Below, piece after piece: positions 26,789-35,111 of a stretch of 35,111 bases of DNA. How positions within the stretch are numbered: position 1 is the stretch's first letter; the number at the start of each line of letters is the position of its first letter. The stretch covers positions 1 through 35,111 of the forward strand of contig JBMNQN010000008.1 in the NCBI GenBank assembly GCA_050944155.1. The letters are read 5' to 3'. The stretch is from Candidatus Methanomethylophilaceae archaeon. GTDB taxonomy: Archaea > Thermoplasmatota > Thermoplasmata > Methanomassiliicoccales > Methanomethylophilaceae. The notes beneath the pieces were generated by a model, which saw only the letters and a list, made by a program, of their open reading frames with translations, did not search any database and had not been told where the DNA came from. The translations under genes and the position numbers were made by a program.

Positions 26789-27903
26789 CTTTTCACCTCT
26801 TTTGCGATCGCGGTACTGCCGTTCCCGGCGGCGATGCCTACGGAAAGACCCAGCAGTGCCCGGTTGAGAAATATTCCGGTACCGCTTCCCGTATTTATTT
26901 TACGGTCTTGCGATTGCAGTAAAGCGTATATATCAGTTTTCCCGGAAACGGTTTTTGCTATGTCTTCTGCCAGAATATCCGCTGTTTTAAGTGCGCTTCC
27001 GTCCTTTTCCGTGCATTTCAGAAGACCCTTACCGTACATTTCGTCGGCCGTAACCGCAATTCTGAAGAGAGAGACGAAAACGGCATCCTTTTCCAGACCG
27101 TCGAGTCTTTCCGATATGTATTCCCGGTTTTCCGTATCCGACCGACCGGAAAGAAAATCAATCAGTTCTTCGCTGGATATTCCATTTGAAGACAGTATTT
27201 CCGAAAACGTTTCGGCTACGGGAAAATCTCCTCTGGCTCTTAACGCGGAAACGGTGCAGTCCCTGACCGAACGGGCCATGGCAATACCGAGGGGCGTTCC
27301 CGTTCCGGCGTATTTTATTCCGTCAGGCCCCCTGGGAGAAACTATCGCAATCGCGTCGGAAGTCGTTCCCGTTTCCCTGTATCCCATGATGTTCATGGCA
27401 GCCGTTTTGGCTTCGGTCATGGCTATGATTATATTCACTTTGGCTTCCGGGGTCAGAGGATAGGGGGATACTCCGATTACGTTGATGGTTCCCGCCAGCA
27501 GTTTTCTCGATCTTTCCATGGAAAGTTTATGTCTTTTCTCCCAGTCCGTGAGAACATCGCCGGCAACGACCTGATTGCTTAAACCCGCGGTAACGGCGGC
27601 GAACGCGGAGACGTTTTCGTAAACGGTTTCTTTGGTGCTGAAGACGTAACGGACTTCCGCCGCGGTCATGAATACGACGGTATCTCCGGGAAGACCCAGT
27701 CCGTCGCGTACCCGGGAGGCGTGTATCACGGGATCATCGTGGAAGTAGTCCTTCGGAACTTCCATAATCATAATGCAATCAGTAAAAGCGGTACCGCCGG
27801 ACAGCACTGCCGAGCTGAGAATTTCCATCTTTTCCGACAGTCGTATCACGACAACGTCGGAACCGTCGTACCGAAGAATTTCGCATGATTTTACGTATTT
27901 CAT
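26785..27903 (-). CDS. cbiZ: Adenosylcobinamide amidohydrolase CbiZ fused to a degenerate CobZ-like domain (CbiS-like architecture)
   Basis: LSSA..GG, FMTAA, TAGLSN, GTIN, TEAK, TGTTSDA and YAGTGT; the C-terminal ~140 aa follow the CobZ pattern without its acidic motifs. Confidence 0.85.
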   Translation of the reverse strand: MKYVKSCEILRYDGSDVVVIRLSEKMEILSSAVLSGGTAFTDCIMIMEVPKDYFHDDPVIHASRVRDGLGLPGDTVVFMTAAEVRYVFSTKETVYENVSAFAAVTAGLSNQVVAGDVLTDWEKRHKLSMERSRKLLAGTINVIGVSPYPLTPEAKVNIIIAMTEAKTAAMNIMGYRETGTTSDAIAIVSPRGPDGIKYAGTGTPLGIAMARSVRDCTVSALRARGDFPVAETFSEILSSNGISSEELIDFLSGRSDTENREYISERLDGLEKDAVFVSLFRIAVTADEMYGKGLLKCTEKDGSALKTADILAEDIAKTVSGKTDIYALLQSQDRKINTGSGTGIFLNRALLGLSVGIAAGNGSTAIAKEVKR

Positions 27904-28943
27904 AAAACGGCCCCCGTCAAATCCGCAACTGCGGAAATCAGTTTTTCAAAGAATGTTATCAGAAGATTTTCGGAAAATATCTGGACGTGCACTCCGGCAA
28001 AAACGTACAGCGGAAGTACGACAATGAAAACAAACAGAACGGAAGACAGTTCGACCAGACGCAGGCACCTCGTAATGTCCTTCGGAGAAGGCAGAGGGTT
28101 TCCAGGATTCATGACGTAAACATCCTTTTTTTCCATGCTTATTCCAAGGGCAGCGGCCGTTGCGGTCATCGGCCATCCGCTGTTGGGGCTGGGCGTCATG
28201 CGGTGCTCTCTGCGGGCCGCGGGAACCGCAGACCTCCAGTCCATTCCGAGAAACAACGCTCCCAGAGCGATAAAGAAAATCGATATTCTGGACGTAACGT
28301 ATCCGAGGACGTCGTCGAGCCTTGCGGCGAAATGGCCCAAATCCCCGTATTTATCGTTCCTGTATCCCCACATTGCATCCATAAGATTGGAGCATCTGAA
28401 AATCACGGAACCCAAAAGACCCAGCAGTCCGGAAAAGAACAGCGGGGAACACACGCTGTCCGCATAGTTTTCGGATATCGTTTCGCAGCAGGAGGAAGCT
28501 ATGTGTTCGGCATCCATTCCCTCGGTGTTTCTGCTTACGATCATCTGCACCTTGGTGGCAGCGTCTTCGGTTTTTCCGTCTTCCAGGTCTTTAACGATGG
28601 GATCGCAGTGTTTTCTGAAGGAAAATATCGCAAACCCTATTTTCAGGAAGAACGCGCTTGCGATAATCCACAGTATTTCTCCGTAGGGGGCGGGGACATA
28701 AACGCGCAGAAGGGCGCATATTCCCAGAAAGATTCCTCCGAAGAGGATTACGAGAAGGAAATACGAAAGAATACCGAGAACAACCGCCCGGGCTCCTTTT
28801 CTTTTCTCGAGTCTCCTGTCGATCGCTCCGAGAATGTTTCCCATCCAGCGGAGGGGATGGTAGCGGTTGGGAAACTCCCCTATGAAACGGTCTATCAAAA
28901 GAGCCAGCAGAATGATTGCGATTGCTCCGGCCCACAGCGGCAG
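27900..28943 (-). CDS. cbiB: Adenosylcobinamide-phosphate synthase CbiB; start inferred at CTG 28943
   Basis: D..IGE...HP, IVSRNT, E.ISEN..D, N.MDAMWGY, ARLDD and SPNSGWP; first TM helix lies upstream of TTG 28898. Confidence 0.93.
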   Translation of the reverse strand: MPLWAGAIAIILLALLIDRFIGEFPNRYHPLRWMGNILGAIDRRLEKRKGARAVVLGILSYFLLVILFGGIFLGICALLRVYVPAPYGEILWIIASAFFLKIGFAIFSFRKHCDPIVKDLEDGKTEDAATKVQMIVSRNTEGMDAEHIASSCCETISENYADSVCSPLFFSGLLGLLGSVIFRCSNLMDAMWGYRNDKYGDLGHFAARLDDVLGYVTSRISIFFIALGALFLGMDWRSAVPAARREHRMTPSPNSGWPMTATAAALGISMEKKDVYVMNPGNPLPSPKDITRCLRLVELSSVLFVFIVVLPLYVFAGVHVQIFSENLLITFFEKLISAVADLTGAVL

Positions 28944-28947
28944 ACTA

Positions 28948-30066
28948 TCACCTCAGTTCTTTTACGGCCTGTTCGGCTGTGCGGACGAACTTATCGTTCC
29001 GGGCTCTGTCTTTTACGCTGTACCTTACGTAGTGCTCGTAGGGACTTCCGAAAGAGGCGCAGTCTCTGAGGGTTATTCCGTTTTTGTTCATTTTTCCGTT
29101 CAGTTCGTTTGCCGTAACGCCGAGGTGTTCCACGGACCTGAAGTAGAAGAAGGAATCCGAAACGTCTCCGAAAGAGAATCCCGCTTCTTCCAGTTCTCTG
29201 TTCATACGCACCGACTCGGAAGCCATCGTTTCGGCGGCTTTCCTGACGTAATCCATTCTTTCGCCGATCAGCACCTTCGCGACGTTCTGTTCCACCTGAC
29301 CGACGTTCCAGGTCATGCGGACTTTTTCCATCTCTTCCGCTGTCTCCGGAGAGGCGAAACCGAATCCTATGCGGATTCCGGGTATGGCGAAGGACTTGGT
29401 AAGAGAACCAGCTACAACCAGATTGGGGTATTTTTTTACGTATTTCACGCAGGAATTTTCTTCGTAGGACGGTACCAGTTCCAGAAGAGTCTCGTCAAGA
29501 AACACCATGGTGTCCGAATCGAGACATTCTTTCACGATTTCCGTTATTTTCTTTTTGGGTTCGATTCTTCCGGTGGGATTGTTAGGATTGCAGATGTACA
29601 CCGCCTTTGTTCCCGGAATCATTTCGCTGAGCTTTTCGCGGTTTATGCGGAAATCTTCTTCCGCATCCAATTCCAGTCTCCGAACGTCCGCTCCGGCGAT
29701 TATGCACTGCTGCGTATATTCAGCAAAGGACGGGCGGGGAATCAGAACCTTCTCTCCGGGAGAAACGAAAGTATGTGGGAAATTTCTGATAATGTCCGAG
29801 GAACCCGCGCCCACGATTATGTTTTCGGGTTTAACTCCGTACTCCTTGGCCATAATCTCTTTGAGTTCGGAGCAGGAGTCGTCCGGATAATGCCAAACGT
29901 CGGATGCGGCGGACGCCATGATTTCGCCGATGTCTTCGGGCGGACCGAAAGGATTCAGATTGTGGCTGTAATCTTCCAGCCCTTTGTTTTTCCACCCCTG
30001 ACCTCCGTGAACGGTTCCGGGCAGTCCGGCAAGTTCTCTGCGTGCGGCTTTTTCCGGATCGAACAT
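28948..30066 (-). CDS. cobD: L-threonine-O-3-phosphate decarboxylase
   Basis: N-terminal HGG, D.S.N.NP.GPP, YPD, NPNNPTG and SLTKSFAIPGIRIG; first gene of the cob operon. Confidence 0.88.
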   Translation of the reverse strand: MFDPEKAARRELAGLPGTVHGGQGWKNKGLEDYSHNLNPFGPPEDIGEIMASAASDVWHYPDDSCSELKEIMAKEYGVKPENIIVGAGSSDIIRNFPHTFVSPGEKVLIPRPSFAEYTQQCIIAGADVRRLELDAEEDFRINREKLSEMIPGTKAVYICNPNNPTGRIEPKKKITEIVKECLDSDTMVFLDETLLELVPSYEENSCVKYVKKYPNLVVAGSLTKSFAIPGIRIGFGFASPETAEEMEKVRMTWNVGQVEQNVAKVLIGERMDYVRKAAETMASESVRMNRELEEAGFSFGDVSDSFFYFRSVEHLGVTANELNGKMNKNGITLRDCASFGSPYEHYVRYSVKDRARNDKFVRTAEQAVKELR

Positions 30067-30186
30067 TTTGACGCAATCTCCGGACGCCGTTATAATGGTA
30101 CGGATATTTCATCCCTCCACCCTGCTGCAATCGGTTTTCTGCGAAATCCGGAATAAAACATTCCGTCAAAACAATCTTTTATTTTT

Positions 30187-30194
30187 TTTATAAA
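30187..30194 (+). promoter_or_regulatory. TATA-like element for the ABC-2 exporter operon
   Basis: TTTATAAA in the AT-rich divergent cobD/ABC gap. Confidence 0.4.
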
Positions 30195-30241
30195 CCGAAC
30201 TCTGCAATAAAGATACATAACCGCACGGCGTTGACCCAAGA

Positions 30242-31204
30242 GTGGATACGGTCATCGAAGCGGAGAATCTCGTTCGCGTTTTCAAACGGAAAAAAATGCC
30301 CGACAAAACCGCCGTCGACAATCTTTCTTTCGAAGTGAAAAGGGGGGAAATATTCGGGCTTCTCGGACCCAACGGAGCCGGAAAAACCACCACTGTCAAA
30401 ATGCTCTCCACTTTACTCACTCCTACGTCCGGTTCCGCGAGGGTTCTCGGATACGACATCTCCGACGAGAGAACGATGCAGGACCTCCGCAGAAGAATAA
30501 ACACCGTATCCGGCGGCGAAAGAGGATTGTACTACCGTCTGTCGGCAAAACAGAATCTGGAATTCTTTGCGGATCTTTACGGCATACCCAAAAAAGAACA
30601 GAAAGATCTGTTCGAAAATCTTCTGGAAGAGGTGGGACTGACCGAAGCTGCGGACATCAAAGTCGAAAATTATTCCAGGGGGATGAAACAGAGACTGCAC
30701 ATAGCCAGATCTCTCGTAAACGATCCGGAGGTTCTCTTTCTGGACGAGCCCACCATAGGTCTCGATCCGGAGATATCCCGCGAAATAAGAAAGATGATAA
30801 AATCCCTTTCCGAATCCGGGACGGCAATAGTTCTCACTTCCCATTATATGTACGAAGTGGAGGAACTCTGCGACAGAATGATCGTCATTTCGAACGGAAA
30901 GACGGTGGGAAGCGGAACGGCGGCCGAAATAAAAGAATCGGTTTCCGATCCGTCCGCCGTACACGTGGTTACCGAAAGAGACCCTTCAGATGCCGTTTCT
31001 TCTTTACGTGCTGATAACAGAATTTCTTTCGCCTCGTGCACCATGGCCGGAGGAAGGTACGTTGTGAGATATTCTCTGAAGTCGGGGATTCCCGACCTTA
31101 AGATGTACGAGTATCTCTTCGAGCCCTACGGGATAAGGTCCATCGGAATAGACGAAATAACGCTGGAAGACGCGTACATCAAGCTGACGGGGGGTTCCCC
31201 GTGA
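30242..31204 (+). CDS. ABC-2 (DrrA-like) exporter ATP-binding subunit
   Basis: GPNGAGKTT, YSRGMKQR, FLDEPTIGLD, TSHYM and C-terminal TLEDAY. Confidence 0.92.
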   Translation: MDTVIEAENLVRVFKRKKMPDKTAVDNLSFEVKRGEIFGLLGPNGAGKTTTVKMLSTLLTPTSGSARVLGYDISDERTMQDLRRRINTVSGGERGLYYRLSAKQNLEFFADLYGIPKKEQKDLFENLLEEVGLTEAADIKVENYSRGMKQRLHIARSLVNDPEVLFLDEPTIGLDPEISREIRKMIKSLSESGTAIVLTSHYMYEVEELCDRMIVISNGKTVGSGTAAEIKESVSDPSAVHVVTERDPSDAVSSLRADNRISFASCTMAGGRYVVRYSLKSGIPDLKMYEYLFEPYGIRSIGIDEITLEDAYIKLTGGSP

Positions 31205-31995
31205 GGGCCGGTGCCGTAAAAGCCGGATTCAAACAGCAGTGCATTCAGTTTTTTGCGGATCCCCAGTGGCTGATACCCAGTCTGATTTCTCCGTTTCTTT
31301 TTGCCATGGTGATGATATTCATCGGCTCCCGCGGCGGTGCCGTCCAGGGACCGATCGTTCTTCAGGCTGTGCTCGGAGGCGGAGTGCTGGGTATGTGGGC
31401 AAACTCTCTTTTCGCTTCGAGTTCCAGTGTCAGTTTCGACCGTATAAACGGAACGTTCGAACCGATGATAAGGACGGGAACCAGAATTGTCTACGTCCTT
31501 GCGGGACGGTCTCTCTGGAATGTAACGATTGGTCTGGTAAACGCCGCCGCTGTGTTCGTAATAGCCGAACTGATGTTCGGAACGGGGATGAAGCTTGCAA
31601 ATCCCGCACTGTTTTTCCTGACGCTGATAATGACTCTTCTTTCCCTTTCCTGCGTGGGACTGCTCATTTCCGCTCTTTTCGTATTTACCAGAAAAGGAGC
31701 GACGATATCCGCGATTATGGAGTATCCGATTTACGTGATGAGCGGAGCCCTCGTCCCCGTCACCGTACTCCCCGGATGGATGCAGGCCGTTTCGAAACTG
31801 CTTCCGCCCACCTGGGGCGTGGACGCAATAAAATACGCCGCGCTTCCCGGTTTCGAAGGAATGATGGGCGTATCTTTCGGCGTCAGCGTTATCGTGTGCA
31901 TATTTTTCTCGATTGCTTTCGCCGCTGCGGCATACTTCCTTCTGATTTTCGTCGAACGCAGAATACTTGCCTCGGGCACCGCGGAGCTGTTCTGA
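31201..31995 (+). CDS. ABC-2 type permease
   Basis: About six TM helices, DR.NGTFE and SGALVP...LP.W....S..LP.TW; GTGA overlap with the ATPase. Confidence 0.88.
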   Translation: MRAGAVKAGFKQQCIQFFADPQWLIPSLISPFLFAMVMIFIGSRGGAVQGPIVLQAVLGGGVLGMWANSLFASSSSVSFDRINGTFEPMIRTGTRIVYVLAGRSLWNVTIGLVNAAAVFVIAELMFGTGMKLANPALFFLTLIMTLLSLSCVGLLISALFVFTRKGATISAIMEYPIYVMSGALVPVTVLPGWMQAVSKLLPPTWGVDAIKYAALPGFEGMMGVSFGVSVIVCIFFSIAFAAAAYFLLIFVERRILASGTAELF

Positions 31996-32789
31996 TGGGC
32001 GGAACCGCGAGACTCGTTGCAACGTCCATGCGGAACGATTTCATTTCTAAACTTACGCTAACGGGTCCGTGGATCAGACTGGCGGTGATAATGTGCACCA
32101 ATCTGTTCAGCATGTACTTCTTCTTCGTTCTGGCTTCCTATATCGACAATCCCGACATAAGCCCCCAGTACGTAATCATAGGAAACATGATTCAGAGCAT
32201 TGCGGTTTCCGCGCTGTATTCCACGGCAAACGTTTCCGGAACCGAAAAACATACGGGGACGCTGGAATCCATAATGTCTTCTCCGGCGAAGCTGTTCTAC
32301 GTGTTTCTGGGGAAATCCGCGTTTCCGATAATGACCGGATTCATTTCCGTGGGTGTGTCGATATTTTACGCCGCGTTTCTGTTCGGAGTGGATTTCGATT
32401 CTGTCAATCCGTGGCTTATGATTCTGATATGCATCGTCACGTGTTTTTCCCTCTCCGGCATGGGTCTGGCACTTGGAAGTCTGGGAGTCTATCTGAGAAC
32501 TTCGATCATACTCGCAAACGTGTTCGGATACATCGGACTGCTCCTCTGCGGAGTGAATTTTCCCATATCCTATCTTCCGGGATATCTCAGGATTTTTTCC
32601 TACGCCATGCCTCTGACTTACTCGGTGGACGCTGCACGTTCGGCAATGGCGGGAGCTTCTTTTGCTTCCGTAATATCTCCTCTGGGAACGGCTGCCCTGC
32701 TGGGTATAATCTATCTGGGGATTGCATGGGTCATGTTTTCTTATTTTGAAAAAAGGGCCAGAAGAGACGGAAAAACCGGCATTTTCTGA
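31995..32789 (+). CDS. ABC-2 type permease (second)
   Basis: EK.TGTLE.I..SP and GVNFP...LP....FS..MPLT; TGATG coupling at 31993-31997 gives the real start. Confidence 0.88.
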   Translation: MGGTARLVATSMRNDFISKLTLTGPWIRLAVIMCTNLFSMYFFFVLASYIDNPDISPQYVIIGNMIQSIAVSALYSTANVSGTEKHTGTLESIMSSPAKLFYVFLGKSAFPIMTGFISVGVSIFYAAFLFGVDFDSVNPWLMILICIVTCFSLSGMGLALGSLGVYLRTSIILANVFGYIGLLLCGVNFPISYLPGYLRIFSYAMPLTYSVDAARSAMAGASFASVISPLGTAALLGIIYLGIAWVMFSYFEKRARRDGKTGIF

Positions 32790-32822
32790 ATTAATTAATA
32801 CTGCATGGACATACGGTAGTTC

Positions 32823-33314
32823 ATGACAGTCCTTTCAGACTTAGACATAGCCCACGGACTTTCCACCGGATATCTCGGAATAAGCGATTTTTCACAAAAA
32901 AGCCTCACACCCAACGGTTACGATCTGAGGATTGCCGAAATTTCCGTACGCGGAGACCCGGAAATCAAAAGAGAAGGTACGGTGAAAATACCCCCGGGAA
33001 CCATGTTTTACGTTTCCACCGTTGAACGGGTAAGACTTCCCTGCGACCTGTGCGCACAGCTCTGGCTCAGAACCACGTGGATCAGAAGGGGAATCATCGG
33101 AGCTTTCGGAAAAATAGATGCGGGATTCGAAGGCACCCTTACGCTGGGAGCATTTAACGCATCGGGAGACACGGTCGAACTTCCCATAGGCGAACGTTTC
33201 TGTCAGATGGTATTCGAAATGCTTTCCTCCTGCTCCGGAAAAGATTATTCCGAAAGAAGCGGAAACTACCAGGGACAGACCGGCGTTACGCTGAACCCCG
33301 TGAAGAAGAATTAA
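32823..33314 (+). CDS. dCTP deaminase/dUTPase family protein, probably a dUTPase
   Basis: PNGYDLR, T.E.V.LP, IDAGFEG, RFCQ and Y..RSGNYQGQ; deaminase Glu absent (TLGAFN). Confidence 0.8.
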   Translation: MTVLSDLDIAHGLSTGYLGISDFSQKSLTPNGYDLRIAEISVRGDPEIKREGTVKIPPGTMFYVSTVERVRLPCDLCAQLWLRTTWIRRGIIGAFGKIDAGFEGTLTLGAFNASGDTVELPIGERFCQMVFEMLSSCSGKDYSERSGNYQGQTGVTLNPVKKN

Positions 33315-34309
33315 TCCTTTACCAGGTCAAAGGCGTAAACGGCCATGGTGGGAGAATACGTCTTCAGTTCCTGAGCTCTGGCTATGTGCATATCGTAGCC
33401 GGAGTCTTCCGCTTTTTTAAGCAGATTCTCGGAGAAAGTTTCGAAATCGGAGCGTTCCAGAACTTTGTATAAATGAATCGTTGCTCCGGTTCCGGCCGCT
33501 CCCAGCGCATCTGTAAGAAATTCTTCCGACGTCTGGGGGAGATTCATGATTATGCAGTCTGCTTTGGGAAGTTTTTTCACTTCTTTGCGGGCGTCTCCGA
33601 TTATCGGCACTATGTCCGCATGATTAATTTCGATATTCTTTTTCATGAACCTTTCCGTCTCGGGGTTCAGATCGATCGCATACACTTTTCCGGGATGTGC
33701 CAGTCTGCATATCGTGAGCGGAAAGGGAGCGACTCCGGCAAACATGTCTATGACCGTCTCTCCGTCATTTACGAGAGATGCCACACGGTGTCTTTCCCCT
33801 GCAAGCCTGGGGTTGAAATAAACCTTCGAAGGGTCGGTGAATATCCTGACTCCGAATTCCTTGTGAACTGTTTCCGAAGTTCCGGTTCCGGCAATTTTTT
33901 CCAGATCTCTGACTCTGAATTCTCCCTTCACGCCGGAATCCGCCATAACCACGCGCAGAGAAGGTACCGCTTCGAGAAGAGCCTCTCCGATTCTTTCTTT
34001 GTAGGGAAGAAGAACTTCGGTAAGTTTTATCACCGCAACGTCTCCGATTACGTCGTACGAACGGGGCAGTTCTTCGTTGAGCCAGTCGGGAAAATCAAGT
34101 ATCACCTTGTAGTCGGATATTTTCTCTTCCAGGGGCTCGGCGGAGACTTCCGACACCTCGTAGTCTTCGAAACGGTCGCAGAGGACGGGAATCGTAAGAT
34201 ACGTTCCGTCCGAAGAGATTCTGTACCCGGTATCCAAAAGACCCAGATCCGCAAGTTTCGCTCTTACGGATTCTCCTTTTTCCTTCGGGACCTTTATGGA
34301 TTTGGGCAT
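33311..34309 (-). CDS. trm5: Trm5/Tyw2-family SAM-dependent tRNA methyltransferase (m1G37)
   Basis: SYDVIGD, HKEFG, VYFNPRL..ER, DMFAGVAPF, DLNP and MNLP motifs. Confidence 0.88.
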   Translation of the reverse strand: MPKSIKVPKEKGESVRAKLADLGLLDTGYRISSDGTYLTIPVLCDRFEDYEVSEVSAEPLEEKISDYKVILDFPDWLNEELPRSYDVIGDVAVIKLTEVLLPYKERIGEALLEAVPSLRVVMADSGVKGEFRVRDLEKIAGTGTSETVHKEFGVRIFTDPSKVYFNPRLAGERHRVASLVNDGETVIDMFAGVAPFPLTICRLAHPGKVYAIDLNPETERFMKKNIEINHADIVPIIGDARKEVKKLPKADCIIMNLPQTSEEFLTDALGAAGTGATIHLYKVLERSDFETFSENLLKKAEDSGYDMHIARAQELKTYSPTMAVYAFDLVKD

Positions 34310-34313
34310 ATTT

Positions 34314-35111
34314 TCACTCGTCTTCTATAATCTCTTCCGGCGCTCCGGCGAAATGAACCAATGCGTAAGATTCCATGAAATGAAGTTTTCCGGGTATCAC
34401 AAGCGTGCACAGGGGCTTTCCCAAATCTTTCCTGAGAAGGTCTCCGGGATATCCGGCGGTGAGTTTTTCTTCGGGAGACCCGACTCTCGATGCGACGCAC
34501 ATCAGAGTTTTTCCGTCGATGAGACCTTCCTTCCACATTTCTTCCCCGTCCAGAAGCCACTGTATTGCTTCGGCGGCGGTCATGTAGCGGTCTTCGGATT
34601 CTCTGATGTCCAGCAGAACCATGGTGTGAAGTCCGCGTTTCTTGTTTTCGAGAATGTTGTCGTAAGGGGATTTGGGGCGGTAGTTCATTTCGTAAAAAGG
34701 CAGCGTAACCGTCCGTCCGAACTTGTACGGCTGAAGGCCGAAGGCCGACTGACACGCGGAAAATATGGATATTCCGTGGAACACGCGGACGGGGATTCCG
34801 TCTTCGGCCGCCTGTATTCTCAGATCCACGTGGGTGGTTGCGGACATGGTGTCTCCGGCGGTTACGAATCCGACGCGCATTTTCGCCGCGTCCCTGATGA
34901 CAGAATCGTCCTCTTCCACCTGGGCCCTGTGAAGAATCTCTATCTTCTTTCCTATGGTTTTTTCCAAATCGGAAATGCTCGTGCCTATGAGATGCGAAGT
35001 GTAGAATTCGGCATAGATTTTATCGCATTCTTTCAGTGCGTTAAGGGCGTCAACGGTCATACCGCCCGTGCCGCTCAGACCCAATCCGACGAAAATGAGT
35101 TCGGACACCAT
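34314..35111 (-). CDS. dph5: Diphthine synthase (ATG is the last codon of the window)
   Basis: FVGLGL, EFYTS, GD.MSATTH.DL, GLQ.YKFG, GLHT.VLLDI and LHFME motifs. Confidence 0.96.
   Translation of the reverse strand: MVSELIFVGLGLSGTGGMTVDALNALKECDKIYAEFYTSHLIGTSISDLEKTIGKKIEILHRAQVEEDDSVIRDAAKMRVGFVTAGDTMSATTHVDLRIQAAEDGIPVRVFHGISIFSACQSAFGLQPYKFGRTVTLPFYEMNYRPKSPYDNILENKKRGLHTMVLLDIRESEDRYMTAAEAIQWLLDGEEMWKEGLIDGKTLMCVASRVGSPEEKLTAGYPGDLLRKDLGKPLCTLVIPGKLHFMESYALVHFAGAPEEIIEDE

Noticed and set aside
30067-30241. Possible cobalamin riboswitch upstream of cobD
   Set aside because: No B12-box recognised; a TATA-like element ~24 nt from the ATG implies an almost leaderless mRNA
1-35111. CRISPR arrays, IS elements, integrases, prophage, defence systems, tRNA/rRNA
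   Set aside because: Intergenic gaps are all under ~180 nt and no such repeats or genes are visible

Overview
A densely coding archaeal housekeeping region with 32 CDS. I see no rRNA, tRNA, CRISPR array or mobile element. Archaeal markers (pelota, Dph5, Trm5, CobY, CbiZ, archaeal-type CobT, BRE/TATA promoters), HypF, a homocitrate synthase and the absence of TAG stops suggest a methanogen, most plausibly Methanomassiliicoccales (inference, no search run). Contents in order: ABC-F ATPase, CPA2 antiporter, homocitrate synthase, pelota, carAB, hydantoinase/oxoprolinase-family protein, chorismate mutase-asd-hisG-hisC-hisA, a Cys-rich HTH regulator, hisB-hisF-hisIE-PHP, mtnP-hypF-ApgM-like-cobT, a convergent cobD-cbiB-cbiZ/cobZ-cobS-cobY cobamide salvage operon, an ABC-2 exporter, a dcd/dUTPase-family gene, trm5 and dph5. 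The most interesting signals lie inside ordinary-looking genes. (1) CarA has Arg in place of its catalytic His, hisH is missing from the his cluster, and HisF has lost its glutamine-contacting Gln; together these suggest a switch from glutamine to free ammonia as nitrogen donor. (2) The CobZ phosphatase domain fused to CbiZ appears to have lost its acidic motifs, while an atypical alkaline-phosphatase-superfamily gene sits directly before cobT as a candidate replacement. (3) CobS carries a ~159-aa acidic N-terminal extension. (4) cbiB and hisA appear to use non-canonical start codons (CTG and GTC). All family assignments come from motif recognition by eye.
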